NCBI GenBank assembly: GCA_965228475.1
Contig: OZ245817.1
Coordinates: 2,208,001-2,272,000, forward strand
Reading direction: 5' to 3'
Source: Myxococcota bacterium
Lineage (GTDB): Bacteria; Myxococcota_A; UBA9160; JAFDDA01
DNA: 64,000 bases
A program made the translations under genes and the position numbers. A model generated the notes under the pieces. That model was not told where the DNA came from. It saw nothing but the letters and a program-made list of their open reading frames with translations, and searched no databases. The stretch's first letter is position 1; each line of letters starts with the position of its first letter. This document shows positions 10,713 through 20,464 of this stretch, piece after piece.

Positions 10713-11734
10713 AGCAGGACGAGATCGCACGTCTCGAGGGCTTGCTCGACGGGCCGCTTTCGGCCATGGCCTATCCGATGCTGGCGGAGGCGCACCGGCG
10801 CGCCGGCCGGCCGGAAGAAGCGGAACGCGTTGCGCGGGAGGGGCTGCGCGGCGCCGCCCCGGCGACGTCCGGACACATCGCCCTCGCGCTCGCGCTGCTC
10901 GATCAGAAGCGCGGCGACGAAGCGCGCGCCGAACTCGAGAGTCTGCTCGGTGCCGGAACGGAGCATGCGATCGCCGGCGAGGCGGCCGAGCGCTCGCAGC
11001 CCGGCTTCCCGGGCGCGGAAGATACGGACTCGCAGGCCTCCGCCTCGCCCTGGTCTGCGAGCGCAGCGTCGGCCCTGCCCGAGGTCGAACCGGTCACGCC
11101 CGTGGAGCCGCCGGTCGCCGGACCTTTCGGTCCGCCGCCGCCGCCCGCTCCGGCCGAAGCCCTCGTCTTCGAGGGCGACGTCGACGACGACGAGCTCGAC
11201 GACGCCTTCGACGAAGCGGAGAGCGACCGCGAACAGATGATCGGCGCCGACGACGTGGCCCACGCGGCGCTCTCGGCGGTGCTCGACGAAGAAGACGACG
11301 ACCTCGAGGAGGAGCCGGAAGGCGACGGTCTCGCCCTCGCGGACCCGACCTCTCCCTTCGCCACGGAGACCGTCGCGGATCTGCTCACGCAGCAGGGTCA
11401 CACCGAGGAGGCGGAGGAAGTTCGCGCCCGCCTCGCGGAGAGCCCGGTCGAGCCTGCGCCTGCGGGCGTGCCGCTCGCGGCGATCGCACTCCAGCCGCTC
11501 GCCCCGGCCGACGTGCCCGACCCGGAGCCCCTCGAGGCTCCCGTCGGGATCGATCCGTCCGATTCGCCGGTGACGCCCTTCGAGGAACCGGAAGTCGCTG
11601 CCCCGGAGCCCGTGGCACTCGACCCGGAGCCCATCGAACTCGACGGGGCCACCGGCCCCGAACGCCCCCGCCAACAACGAACCCAGGCCACGCTCGAGCG
11701 CTGGCTCGACAACCTGCGGAGGGACCGCCCATGA
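10709..11734 (+). CDS. TPR-containing protein with acidic/Pro-rich linkers
   Basis: N-terminal TPR-like helices, FATETVADLLTQQG motif and C-terminal LERWLDNL helix; typical of the TPR gene preceding a Roadblock gene in deltaproteobacterial pil-aro clusters. Confidence 0.7.
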   Translation: MKQDEIARLEGLLDGPLSAMAYPMLAEAHRRAGRPEEAERVAREGLRGAAPATSGHIALALALLDQKRGDEARAELESLLGAGTEHAIAGEAAERSQPGFPGAEDTDSQASASPWSASAASALPEVEPVTPVEPPVAGPFGPPPPPAPAEALVFEGDVDDDELDDAFDEAESDREQMIGADDVAHAALSAVLDEEDDDLEEEPEGDGLALADPTSPFATETVADLLTQQGHTEEAEEVRARLAESPVEPAPAGVPLAAIALQPLAPADVPDPEPLEAPVGIDPSDSPVTPFEEPEVAAPEPVALDPEPIELDGATGPERPRQQRTQATLERWLDNLRRDRP

Positions 11735-12105
11735 GCTTCTCGGACATCCTCGAAGAGATCGTCGAAAACTGTGGCGGCGGCGTCGGCGCCGCCCTGATGG
11801 GCGAGGACGGCATCGCCATCGAGCAGGTGATGGCCCGCAACCCGGCCGTCGCCCTCGATGCCGAGGACGTCGGCGCTGCGGGGGTCGAGTTCGGCCGCAT
11901 CCTCATGGAGATCGGCAAGGCCTCGGACGCCCTCGGCGGCGGGGCGCTCGGCGAGACCGTGGTCCGGCTGGCCCGCTTCACGCTGATCTTCCAGATGGTC
12001 GACGCCGAGAACTTCCTGGTGCTCGCGCTCTCGCCCGATGGCAACCTCGGCAAGGCGCGCTATCTCCTTCGGACCCAGCTGCACGCCCTTCGCGCCCTGT
12101 TCTAG
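11731..12105 (+). CDS. Roadblock/LC7 domain protein (MglC-like)
   Basis: ATG 11731 overlaps the upstream stop; 124 aa; GAALMGEDGIAI and LALSPDGNLGKARYLLR motifs. Confidence 0.8.
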   Translation: MSFSDILEEIVENCGGGVGAALMGEDGIAIEQVMARNPAVALDAEDVGAAGVEFGRILMEIGKASDALGGGALGETVVRLARFTLIFQMVDAENFLVLALSPDGNLGKARYLLRTQLHALRALF

Positions 12106-12141
12106 GGCGGGAGGCGAGGCGCAGCGGGGCAGGGGGCTTCC

Positions 12142-12582
12142 GTGTCCGCACGCGTGCTCGTCCTTCATGGTCCGAACCTGAACCAGCTCGGCACCCGGGA
12201 GCCCGAGATCTACGGGCACACGACGCTGCCCGAGATCGACGAGCGCCTGGCCGCCGAAGCCAAGGAGTTCGGCGCGGAAGTCGAGTGCTTCCAGTCGAAC
12301 CACGAAGGCGCCTTGATCGACCGCATCCAGGACGCGGCCGGCTGGGCCGACGGCATCCTGATCAACCCCGGCGGCCTGACACACACGAGCGTTGCCCTGC
12401 GTGACGCCCTGGCGGGATGCACGCTGCCGATCGTCGAGGTGCATCTCTCGAACGTCCACCGCCGGGAACCCTTCCGGCACCATTCCTACGTCTCCGGCGT
12501 GGCCACCGGCGTGATCTGCGGCTTCGGCCCGAACGGCTACGTCCTGGCACTGCGCGCGCTGCTCGACGTCGTCGCCGGCTGA
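12142..12582 (+). CDS. aroQ: Type II 3-dehydroquinate dehydratase
   Basis: [38 protein letters not shown] and [12 protein letters not shown] motifs. Confidence 0.97.
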   Translation: MSARVLVLHGPNLNQLGTREPEIYGHTTLPEIDERLAAEAKEFGAEVECFQSNHEGALIDRIQDAAGWADGILINPGGLTHTSVALRDALAGCTLPIVEVHLSNVHRREPFRHHSYVSGVATGVICGFGPNGYVLALRALLDVVAG

Positions 12583-12587
12583 CGCGA

Positions 12588-13400
12588 ATGGCCTGGCGTT
12601 GGCTCCTGGACGGCGCCGCGCCGGGGCCGTTCAACATGGGCGTCGACGAGGCCCTCCTGGCCGCGGCCGAGACCGCCGGCACGACGACGCTCCGCCTCTA
12701 CCGCTGGGCCGGGCCCTGGCTCTCCCTCGGCTACGGACAGGAGGCTTCCCCGGAACGGCGGGCCGCCTGCGAGGCCGCGGGCGTCGGGATCGTCGGCCGC
12801 AGCACGGGCGGGCTGGCCGTCCTCCACGGCGAGGACCTCACCTACAGCCTGGCGGCCCCCGTGGAAGCGCTTCCTCCCGGGCTCGACGGCTCCTATTCCC
12901 TCGTCGCCGACGCCCTTTGCCGGGCCTTCGCCGAGCTCGGCGTGGCCGTCGAGCGGCACACGCGGCCCGCCTCCCGGGCCGAGGGCTTCGACTGCTTCGG
13001 CGAGCCGGCCCGCCACGAGATCCTGGCCGGGGGGCGAAAGCTCGTCGGCAGCGCGCAGCGGCGCACGGCGCGCGGGGTGCTCCAGCACGGCTCGATCCGC
13101 GTCCGCCCGGACCCCGTGGCCGTCCGCGAGGCCGCGGGCCTCGACACGTCGCGCGCCACGAGTCTCGAGGAGCAGGGCTTCGCCTTCGCCGAGGGCGAGG
13201 TCGCCCAGGCCATCGCCCGGGCCTTCGCCGCGTCCTTCGACGCTTCGCTCGGGGGTTTCCCCGAGGCGGGGACCCTCACTTCCGCCGAGCGCGAGGCCGC
13301 CCGAGCCCGCGGTGCGCAGGCGGCTCGCGTATCGGGAAACCCCCACATTCCGATTCTCAAGGCGCCGGACCGCCGCTCCGATGATCCCAACAGCGGGTAG
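12588..13400 (+). CDS. Lipoate-protein ligase A / octanoyltransferase (LipM-like) family protein
   Basis: NMGVDEALL, LRLY.W....SLGYGQ, STGGLAVLH, KLVGSAQ and LQHGSI motifs. Confidence 0.85.
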   Translation: MAWRWLLDGAAPGPFNMGVDEALLAAAETAGTTTLRLYRWAGPWLSLGYGQEASPERRAACEAAGVGIVGRSTGGLAVLHGEDLTYSLAAPVEALPPGLDGSYSLVADALCRAFAELGVAVERHTRPASRAEGFDCFGEPARHEILAGGRKLVGSAQRRTARGVLQHGSIRVRPDPVAVREAAGLDTSRATSLEEQGFAFAEGEVAQAIARAFAASFDASLGGFPEAGTLTSAEREAARARGAQAARVSGNPHIPILKAPDRRSDDPNSG

Positions 13401-13483
13401 GGTGGCTTCCCCTCGGCTCCCCCTTTCGCAGGCCCCTTCCGGGCCGCGCCGCTGCTGAACGCTTGGGGGGAGGCGGGGCACCC

Positions 13484-16400
13484 GTGGGTCTGAACAAGCG
13501 CAAAGTCCTCGATGCGGCTCAGAAGTATCTCCAGAAGGGGAACCTCGACCGGGCCCTGAAGGAGTACCAGAAGGTCCTCGACGCGGACCCGCGCGATACC
13601 AACGTCCGGCTGAAGGTCGGCGACGTCCAGCTCCGCCGCGGCAAGAGCGAAGAGGCGATCGAAGCCTACTTCGAGGTCGCCAAGCAGTTCATGAAGGACG
13701 GCTTCGACGCCAAGGCCGTCGCGCTGTTCAAACAGATCACCAAGATCGACGAGAAGCGGTACGACATCTACGAGCCGCTCGCGGAGCTCTACCAGCGGCT
13801 CGGGCTGCTCTCGGAGGCGATGGGCGCGCTCCAGACCGCCGCCGAAGCGCACCAGCGCGAAGGCCGGAAGACCGAAGGCCTGGCGCTCCTGCGCAAGATG
13901 GCTTCGCTCGACCCGAGCAACACGTCGACGCGCATGAAGATCGCCCAGCTCCTCTGGAAGGAAGAGCTGCGCGACGAGGCGCTTGAGGAGTACGACGAGG
14001 TCGTCGCCGAGCTCGGCCGCCAGGGCGACCTCGAGGGCGCCGTGCGGGTGCACGAGCAGGTGCTCTCGGACCTTCCCGAGCGGCTCGAGAACCTCGTCGG
14101 GCTGGGCACCTTGCAGCTCGAGCTCAACCACGCCGAGCAGGCCGAGCCGCCGCTCCTGAAGGCCACCGAGGTCGCGGTCGAGTCCGTCGAGGCCTGGGAA
14201 GCCCTTGCGCGCGTGCACGAGGCGCTCGGCCGTCAGAAGGAGTTCGAGGACACCTGGAAGACCGTGGCCGCGATCTACAAGGACCGCGGTGACGAGGACC
14301 GCGCGAAGGAGATCCTCCAGCTCTACGTCACGCCCCAGGCCCTCGACAGCACGAGCGACGGCCTCGACGGCGGCCTCGATGCCGAGGCGGAGGCCGCGGC
14401 GGCCGCGGAAGCCGACGACCTCTCCGGCGGCCAGACGATCGGTGACCTCGCCGGCGACGACGACGCCGACGACGAACTCGAGATCGGCGACGGGGCGAGT
14501 CTCGGCGCCGACGCCGACCTCGATGCCCCGGAGCCGGAAGCGCCGGCCGCGGAGGCCGCACCGGAGCTCGACCTCGACGAAGAGATCGACATCGAACTCG
14601 ACGACGAGGTGGATGCCCCGGAGGAGGCCGAAGGCGCCGAACCGGTCGCACCGGTCGCACCGGCCGCAGCGGGAGAAGACACGTCCTCGGCAGCCGAGGC
14701 CGCAGATCCGACCCAGCTGCTCGCCGAGGCGGGCGTCTACCTGCGCTATTCGCAGCACGACAAAGCGCTCGGCTGCTTCGAGCAGATTCTCGAGATCGAG
14801 CCCAAGCACCGGGAAGCGCTCGAGAAGCTCGGCGAGACGCACTGCAAGATGGAGGCGCCCGAGAAGGCGGTCCCCTTCTTCCGCGAGGCCGCCCTCGAGG
14901 CGCGCACCGCCGGCGACTCCGAGGAATTCGACCGCCTCTGCGAGCTGCTGCGCGGCGTCGACGAGGCCGCCGCGGAGGCGCTCGCGGCAGACGCGCTCAC
15001 GCCGGAGCCCGAGCTCGACCTCGATCTCGAGCTCGAGTTCGATACGCCGAGCGGCGATCCGGAGCTCTCGGGCGTTGCCGACCAGGCGGGCCTCGACGTC
15101 GAAGTCGAGATGCTGTTGAACGAGCCGGAAGAGGCGGCCGAGCCGCCGGCGCCGGACTTCGCCGACCCCGGCGAGGACGACCTCGAGCTCGACGTCGAAG
15201 CGGACGTCGCCGAAGGGGCGGACGTCGAGCCGGCCACGGCCGACGCCGATGCGCCGGAAGAAGAGCTGGCTCCGGAGCTCGGCGACGAGGCGGACGAGGC
15301 CCCGGAACTCGACGCCGCTGCCGAGGTGGAACTCGGCGAAGCAGATGCGTCGGTCGGTGCGGACGAGCCCGCCGGCGACGAGGAGGCCTCCGCCGCCCCG
15401 GCCCTCGAGAAGAAGACCGGCGGCGTGACGCTCGGCGCTTCGAGTCAGGCCTCGGACGTCTCCGCGGAAGATCTCGAGGAGGCCGAGTTCTACTACCGGC
15501 AAGGCCTCTACGACGAAGCCGAGCAGCTCCTGCAGCGCCTGCTCGAAGCGGCGCCCGGGCATCCCCAGGTGCTGCTCCGCCTGGGCGAGATCGCCAAGTC
15601 GCGCGGGGAGTGCCCGAGTTCGCCGGTGTCCGAGGGCGTCGACTTCGACCGGACGGAAGAAGAGACGAGCCCGGGCCTCGACGCGGGCGCTCTCGAACAG
15701 GACGCCGAAGAAAGCGAGACGCTCGCCGCCGAGGACACGCTCTCGGGTTCGACGCTCGAGGACCTCGACGCGCTGCCCGATCTCGATGGCCCCGAGGCCG
15801 GACCCGACGACGAGACGCTCCAGGCGGAGCTCTCGGATGCACTCCCGGAGCTCGACGAGTCCGACGAGGAGGGCGTTTCGCTCGAAGGCGCGACGCTTCC
15901 GGTCGAGGACACGGCCGCGTCCGCCGAGAGCGAGGCCGAACCCGCCGAGGAGCCCCGCGAAGAACCGGCCCGCTCTCCGGCGCCCACGGCAGAGGTGCCT
16001 GCGTCGCCCGTGGCGGCGGAACCGGCTGCGCCCGTGGCAGCCGCGGGTTCCGACGAAGGGTTCGACCTCGCCGCAGAGCTCTCGGGAGTGTTCGACGATT
16101 CGACCTCCGGCGCGGAAGGGGAGGCGACCCTCGGAGGCACGACCCAGGCCGGCTTCGAATCGATCTTCCAGAGCTTCAAGCAGGGCGTGAAGGAGACCCT
16201 CGGCGACGGCGAGGAAGAGACGCACTACGACCTCGGGATCGCCTACCGCGAGATGGGCCTCTTCGAGGACGCCATCGGCGAATTCGCAGCGGCGATGACG
16301 GCCCCGGCGCGGAAGGTCGACTGCCTCGCGATGATGGGTCTTTGCGCCATGGATCTCGGACGGGCGAACGACGCCGTCGGCCACCTCGAGCAGGCGCTGG

Positions 16401-16786
16401 CGCTGCCGGACCTGGCCGAGGACCGCATCGCCGGCCTGCGCTTCGACCTCGGTGCCGCCTTCGAGATGCAGGGCGACCTCGACCGCGCCCGCGCGGCCTG
16501 GGAGCAGGTGCTCGCCTTCGACCCGGACTTCCCCGAGGTGGCAGAGCGGCTCGAGAAGCTCGGCCAGGAAGACTCGACGCCCTCGCTCGGCGAGATGGAC
16601 CCCGCCGAGGGCGGTCTCGCCGAGGCCTTCGAGAGCTTCGACGACCTGATCGCCGAGGCCGAGGCGGACGACGACGACGACGACCCGGACGGTGACGACG
16701 ACCCGGGCGCCGGTCCGGACGGCGGCGGCGAGTCGGATGGGGACATGGGCTCGACCCAGTGGGGCCGCAAGGTCTCCTACGGTTGA
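13484..16786 (+). CDS. Large TPR protein with acidic linkers, SgmX-like
   Basis: N-terminal TPR array (AQKYLQKGNLDRALKEYQKVL), two internal TPR islands, C-terminal TPRs (THYDLGIAYREMGL) and the end RKVSYG; lies between a Roadblock gene and an ExeA-like ATPase. Confidence 0.8.
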   Translation: MGLNKRKVLDAAQKYLQKGNLDRALKEYQKVLDADPRDTNVRLKVGDVQLRRGKSEEAIEAYFEVAKQFMKDGFDAKAVALFKQITKIDEKRYDIYEPLAELYQRLGLLSEAMGALQTAAEAHQREGRKTEGLALLRKMASLDPSNTSTRMKIAQLLWKEELRDEALEEYDEVVAELGRQGDLEGAVRVHEQVLSDLPERLENLVGLGTLQLELNHAEQAEPPLLKATEVAVESVEAWEALARVHEALGRQKEFEDTWKTVAAIYKDRGDEDRAKEILQLYVTPQALDSTSDGLDGGLDAEAEAAAAAEADDLSGGQTIGDLAGDDDADDELEIGDGASLGADADLDAPEPEAPAAEAAPELDLDEEIDIELDDEVDAPEEAEGAEPVAPVAPAAAGEDTSSAAEAADPTQLLAEAGVYLRYSQHDKALGCFEQILEIEPKHREALEKLGETHCKMEAPEKAVPFFREAALEARTAGDSEEFDRLCELLRGVDEAAAEALAADALTPEPELDLDLELEFDTPSGDPELSGVADQAGLDVEVEMLLNEPEEAAEPPAPDFADPGEDDLELDVEADVAEGADVEPATADADAPEEELAPELGDEADEAPELDAAAEVELGEADASVGADEPAGDEEASAAPALEKKTGGVTLGASSQASDVSAEDLEEAEFYYRQGLYDEAEQLLQRLLEAAPGHPQVLLRLGEIAKSRGECPSSPVSEGVDFDRTEEETSPGLDAGALEQDAEESETLAAEDTLSGSTLEDLDALPDLDGPEAGPDDETLQAELSDALPELDESDEEGVSLEGATLPVEDTAASAESEAEPAEEPREEPARSPAPTAEVPASPVAAEPAAPVAAAGSDEGFDLAAELSGVFDDSTSGAEGEATLGGTTQAGFESIFQSFKQGVKETLGDGEEETHYDLGIAYREMGLFEDAIGEFAAAMTAPARKVDCLAMMGLCAMDLGRANDAVGHLEQALALPDLAEDRIAGLRFDLGAAFEMQGDLDRARAAWEQVLAFDPDFPEVAERLEKLGQEDSTPSLGEMDPAEGGLAEAFESFDDLIAEAEADDDDDDPDGDDDPGAGPDGGGESDGDMGSTQWGRKVSYG

Positions 16787-17688
16787 TGGAGAAGGGCGCC
16801 TTGGACTACCTCGAGCACTTCGGTCTGGAACGCGAACCCTTCGGCAACGACCCGCTCCCCGGCTTCCACTTCGAGACGCCCGAGCGCGCGATGGCCGAGC
16901 GGCGCGTGCTGCGCGGCCCCCTCCACGGCAAGGGCCTGACCGTCCTCACCGGGGGGTACGGCTCCGGCAAGACGACGCTCCTGCACCGCCTGCTCGATCA
17001 GCTCCCGCCGAACCGCTTCGACGCGGGCGTGCTGGTGCTCTCGGGCCGGAACCACGAGCCCGTTCCCTTCCTCCAGCGCGTGGCGAAGCTCTTCGGCGTG
17101 ACCGCCCCGAGCGACGAACGCTCGACCCTGCTCGGCCAGCTCGCCGGGCGCCTCCTGCAGATCCAGGAGCGCGGCCTGCGCGCGGTCGCGGTGATCGACG
17201 AAGCGCAGCTCCTCGAAGACGAGAGCGTGCTCGAAGAGCTTCGCGGCCTGCTGAACCTCGAGGGCGAGCGCGGCCGGGCGCTCTCGGTCGTTCTGTCCGG
17301 GCTGCCCGCGCTCGAAAACCACCTGGCTGCCGTGCCGGCGCTCGGTCGCCGGGTCGACGTGAAGGTCCGGCTCGAGCCCTTCGACGCGGCCACGACGGCC
17401 CGCTACCTGGCCGAGCGCCTGGCCTTCGCCCGGGGCAAGCCGGACATACTGCATCCGGCGGCGGCCGCGGCCGTCCACGACTTCTCGGGCGGGAGCCCGC
17501 GCGCGGTCAACACCCTCGCGGACAACGCCCTGTTCGAAGCCTTCCTGGCCGGCCGCGGCGCGATCGTCGTGGAAGACGTCGAGCGCGCGGCGCAGGCCCT
17601 GCGGTTCTCCGACGCCATGGGGGCCTCCGACGGGATCGAGACCCTCGAGCCCGTGGTCGCCGCGGAAGTGATCGCCACACCCGTCTAG
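16786..17688 (+). CDS. ExeA/GspA-family AAA ATPase
   Basis: YLEHFGL..EPF...P N-terminus, Walker A GGYGSGKT, Walker B VIDEAQ, G.PR.VN.LADNAL. Confidence 0.88.
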   Translation: MEKGALDYLEHFGLEREPFGNDPLPGFHFETPERAMAERRVLRGPLHGKGLTVLTGGYGSGKTTLLHRLLDQLPPNRFDAGVLVLSGRNHEPVPFLQRVAKLFGVTAPSDERSTLLGQLAGRLLQIQERGLRAVAVIDEAQLLEDESVLEELRGLLNLEGERGRALSVVLSGLPALENHLAAVPALGRRVDVKVRLEPFDAATTARYLAERLAFARGKPDILHPAAAAAVHDFSGGSPRAVNTLADNALFEAFLAGRGAIVVEDVERAAQALRFSDAMGASDGIETLEPVVAAEVIATPV

Positions 17689-17760
17689 CCACGCGGCCTC
17701 GGCCCTCAACGTTCCGCACCCGGTTCGCTACACCTCTCTGCGCATTCGCGGGGGTGACCG

Positions 17761-20442
17761 ATGCGTGGGTGGAAGCGGTCCGCTGTCCTTTTCGTTTCGC
17801 TGGGCGTTGCCGCCTTTCTTTCCTTCGGCCTCGCGGGGACCGGCCGGGCCCAGGAGGCGCCGCCGGCTCTCCCCGAGATCACCCTCGAGGGCCGGCGCGT
17901 CCACGTCTCGGCCATCCAGGTCAACGGCAAGGGCCGCTGCTACGAAGCCCTGCCCGGCGAGCGGCTCGATCTCCGCTTCGATTGGGTCTCGCCCTGCGAC
18001 GGGGACTGCGGCCCGACGAAGGCCCTCGCCGTTGGCATCCAGGGTCAGGCCGGGAGCTGCTTCGCCGAGGGCTTCTCGGCGACGGGCACGGCCGGGGGGC
18101 ATGCCGCCGGGGCGGTGCTCGAGGCGCCGACGACACCCGCCACCTACTGGATCACGCTCGGCGGCGGCGCCGAGTGCACGAGCGCCTCGGCGGCGCGCCC
18201 GAACGATGCGGCCCACGCCATCGCGCAGGTGACGGTGCGTCCGAGCACGGCGGGCTCCGGCCGGTGGCTCTCCGGTGCGGGAGAGCCGGCGCCCCAGCTC
18301 GGCCGCGAGCAGGACTTCTATCTCGACAACTCGGCCGACGAGGTCTACCGGCGCGAGTGCGGCCGCTGGCTTCCGGTCGCCTCGATCGCCGGCGACGTCG
18401 GCCCGATGGGCCCGCCCGGGCCCAAGGGCAGCCGCGGTCCGACGGGGCCGGCCGGCGAACGAGGTCCGCTCGGCCCGACCGGCCAGCAGGGGCCGGCCGG
18501 ACCGGTGGGCCCGATGGGTCCGATCGGTCCGCCCGGGCCGCGGGGCCCCGCCGGCCAGGACGGCGCGACGTGGCATACCCAGAGCGGGGAGCCGCCGGCG
18601 GAGCTCGGCCGGGACGACGACCTCTACCTCGACACCGAGTCCCGCACGGTCTACTGGCGACACGAAGGGAAGTGGGTCCCGGCGACGTCCATCGCCGAAG
18701 GGGCTACGGGCCCGACGGGCCCCGAAGGCGAGCGCGGCCCGGAGGGGCCGAAGGGGGAGCCCGGCCGCGCGGGCGCGACCTTCCTGACGGGAACCGGAAC
18801 CCCGGACCCGGCTTCCGGCGGAGACTTCGACCTCTACTTCGACAAGCTCAGCTCGGAGCTCTTCTGGAAGCACGAAGGGCAGTGGACGCGGCTCGCCTCG
18901 CTCGAAGGCAAGCCTGGCCCGCGCGGGCCGTCCGGGCCGAGCGGGCCGGCGGGGCCGCCCGGGCCCGAGGGTCCGGTGGGCGGCAGCGGAGCGCCCGGGC
19001 TGCCGGGGCCGCCCGGCCCGCCCGGGCCGGCGGGGCCGAGCTGGCTCGTCGGGAGCGAACGCGACGGCCGCGACGGAGACCTGCGCCTCGATCCGAACGA
19101 AGGGCGCATCGAGCGCCGCGTCGAAGGAAGCTGGCGTGCGGTCGGAAACCTGCGGGGTCCGGCCGGACCGCCCGGCCCGCGCGGACAGGCGGGGCCGGCC
19201 GGCGAGCGCGGTCCGATGGGTTCGCCGGGGGTTTCGGTCCCGGGCCCGGCCGGGCCGTCCGGAGACCCCGGGCCCCCCGGCCCGCGCGGCGAGCCGGGTG
19301 CGCCCGGAACGCCCGGAGCAGCCTGGCACGCCGGGAGCGGCGCGCCCGATGCGGCGCTCGGCCGCGTCGGCGACTTCCACATCGATGCGGCGACCGGGCA
19401 GGTGCTTCGACGGGAGGCGTCCGGCTGGCGCGAGGTCGCGACGCTGGCCGGCCCGCGCGGCGAGCGCGGGGAAACGGGAGTGGCCGGGCCGACCGGGCCG
19501 CAGGGTTCGGCGGGCGAGATCGGCCCGCCCGGCCCGACCGGCGCCGCGGGCCCGCCCGGGCCCGTCGGGCCGCTGGGTCCCCCCGGTCCCGCGGGGCCGT
19601 CCGGCCCGCCGGGGCGGGACGGGGCGAACTGGTTCCACGGCGAGGGGGCACCGAGCGCATCGCTCGGCGCCGAAGGGGATTTCTACCTGGCGCTCGGCGC
19701 CGGCGAGGTCTTCACGCGGGACGCGCGCGGCTGGCGACGGGGTGTCAGCCTGCGCTCCGCGGCGCGCGCGCCCGGGGTGAGGTGGCACGCGGGCGAAGGG
19801 AGGCCTTCCATCGAGACCGGCCGCGCGGGCGACCTCTACCTCGACCTCACGAACCAGGAGATCGCCCGGAAGGCCTTCGGTTGGGTCCCGGTGGCCTCGA
19901 ACGCCGGCCGCGAGCCCTCCGCGAGCTGGACCGTCGGGAACCGCTTCCCGCAGTCCGAGGAGGGGCGAGAGGGCGCGTACTTCCTCGACCTCAGCACCTC
20001 GACGATCCATCGCAAGAGCGGCGGCTTCTGGCGCGAGGTGGAACGGATCGAGGGGACCGGCAGCTGGGATTGGGGGCGCGGCGCACCGGACGCGAACAAG
20101 GGCCGCGCCGGCGATGCCTACCTCGACACCGGAACCGGCCGCGTCTACCGCAAGCGAGAGGGCTGGCAGGCGGTTCGGTCTGCCCCGGCCGAGGCCGCCC
20201 CGGCGCCGGCTTTCGCGACCGGCGCCGGCGTTCCCGGAGCCCGCACCGGGGCGGTGGGCAGCGTCCACCTCGATACGGAAACGGGCGTCCTCTACGAGCG
20301 CCGGGAGTCCGGCTGGGTGCGGGTCTTCGCCTTTGCGTCGAAGGCGGCCGCGGACCCAGGCCCCGAGCCCTCTGCGGCCCCGCGGATCAGCCCCGCTCCG
20401 AGCTTCCCTCCCGTGGCGCCCGCGCCGCCCCAGGGCCCCTAG
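17761..20442 (+). CDS. Secreted segmented collagen-like protein (Gly-X-Y blocks alternating with ~40-aa repeats)
   Basis: Signal peptide; Cys-containing N-terminal domain; five Gly-X-Y blocks; ten W..G.G.P....G..GD.YLD......Y....W repeats. Confidence 0.85.
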   Translation: MRGWKRSAVLFVSLGVAAFLSFGLAGTGRAQEAPPALPEITLEGRRVHVSAIQVNGKGRCYEALPGERLDLRFDWVSPCDGDCGPTKALAVGIQGQAGSCFAEGFSATGTAGGHAAGAVLEAPTTPATYWITLGGGAECTSASAARPNDAAHAIAQVTVRPSTAGSGRWLSGAGEPAPQLGREQDFYLDNSADEVYRRECGRWLPVASIAGDVGPMGPPGPKGSRGPTGPAGERGPLGPTGQQGPAGPVGPMGPIGPPGPRGPAGQDGATWHTQSGEPPAELGRDDDLYLDTESRTVYWRHEGKWVPATSIAEGATGPTGPEGERGPEGPKGEPGRAGATFLTGTGTPDPASGGDFDLYFDKLSSELFWKHEGQWTRLASLEGKPGPRGPSGPSGPAGPPGPEGPVGGSGAPGLPGPPGPPGPAGPSWLVGSERDGRDGDLRLDPNEGRIERRVEGSWRAVGNLRGPAGPPGPRGQAGPAGERGPMGSPGVSVPGPAGPSGDPGPPGPRGEPGAPGTPGAAWHAGSGAPDAALGRVGDFHIDAATGQVLRREASGWREVATLAGPRGERGETGVAGPTGPQGSAGEIGPPGPTGAAGPPGPVGPLGPPGPAGPSGPPGRDGANWFHGEGAPSASLGAEGDFYLALGAGEVFTRDARGWRRGVSLRSAARAPGVRWHAGEGRPSIETGRAGDLYLDLTNQEIARKAFGWVPVASNAGREPSASWTVGNRFPQSEEGREGAYFLDLSTSTIHRKSGGFWREVERIEGTGSWDWGRGAPDANKGRAGDAYLDTGTGRVYRKREGWQAVRSAPAEAAPAPAFATGAGVPGARTGAVGSVHLDTETGVLYERRESGWVRVFAFASKAAADPGPEPSAAPRISPAPSFPPVAPAPPQGP

Positions 20443-20464
20443 CAGGCCCACGAACGGAGACCCC

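Noticed and set aside
18391..19630. GGNCCN-rich periodic DNA as a possible CRISPR or tandem repeat array
   Set aside because: It is explained by Gly-Pro-X codons of the collagen blocks; there are no identical repeats with unique spacers and no cas genes.
17761..20442. Prophage tail-fibre remnant
   Set aside because: The protein has a Sec signal peptide, and there are no phage structural, lysis or integrase genes nearby.
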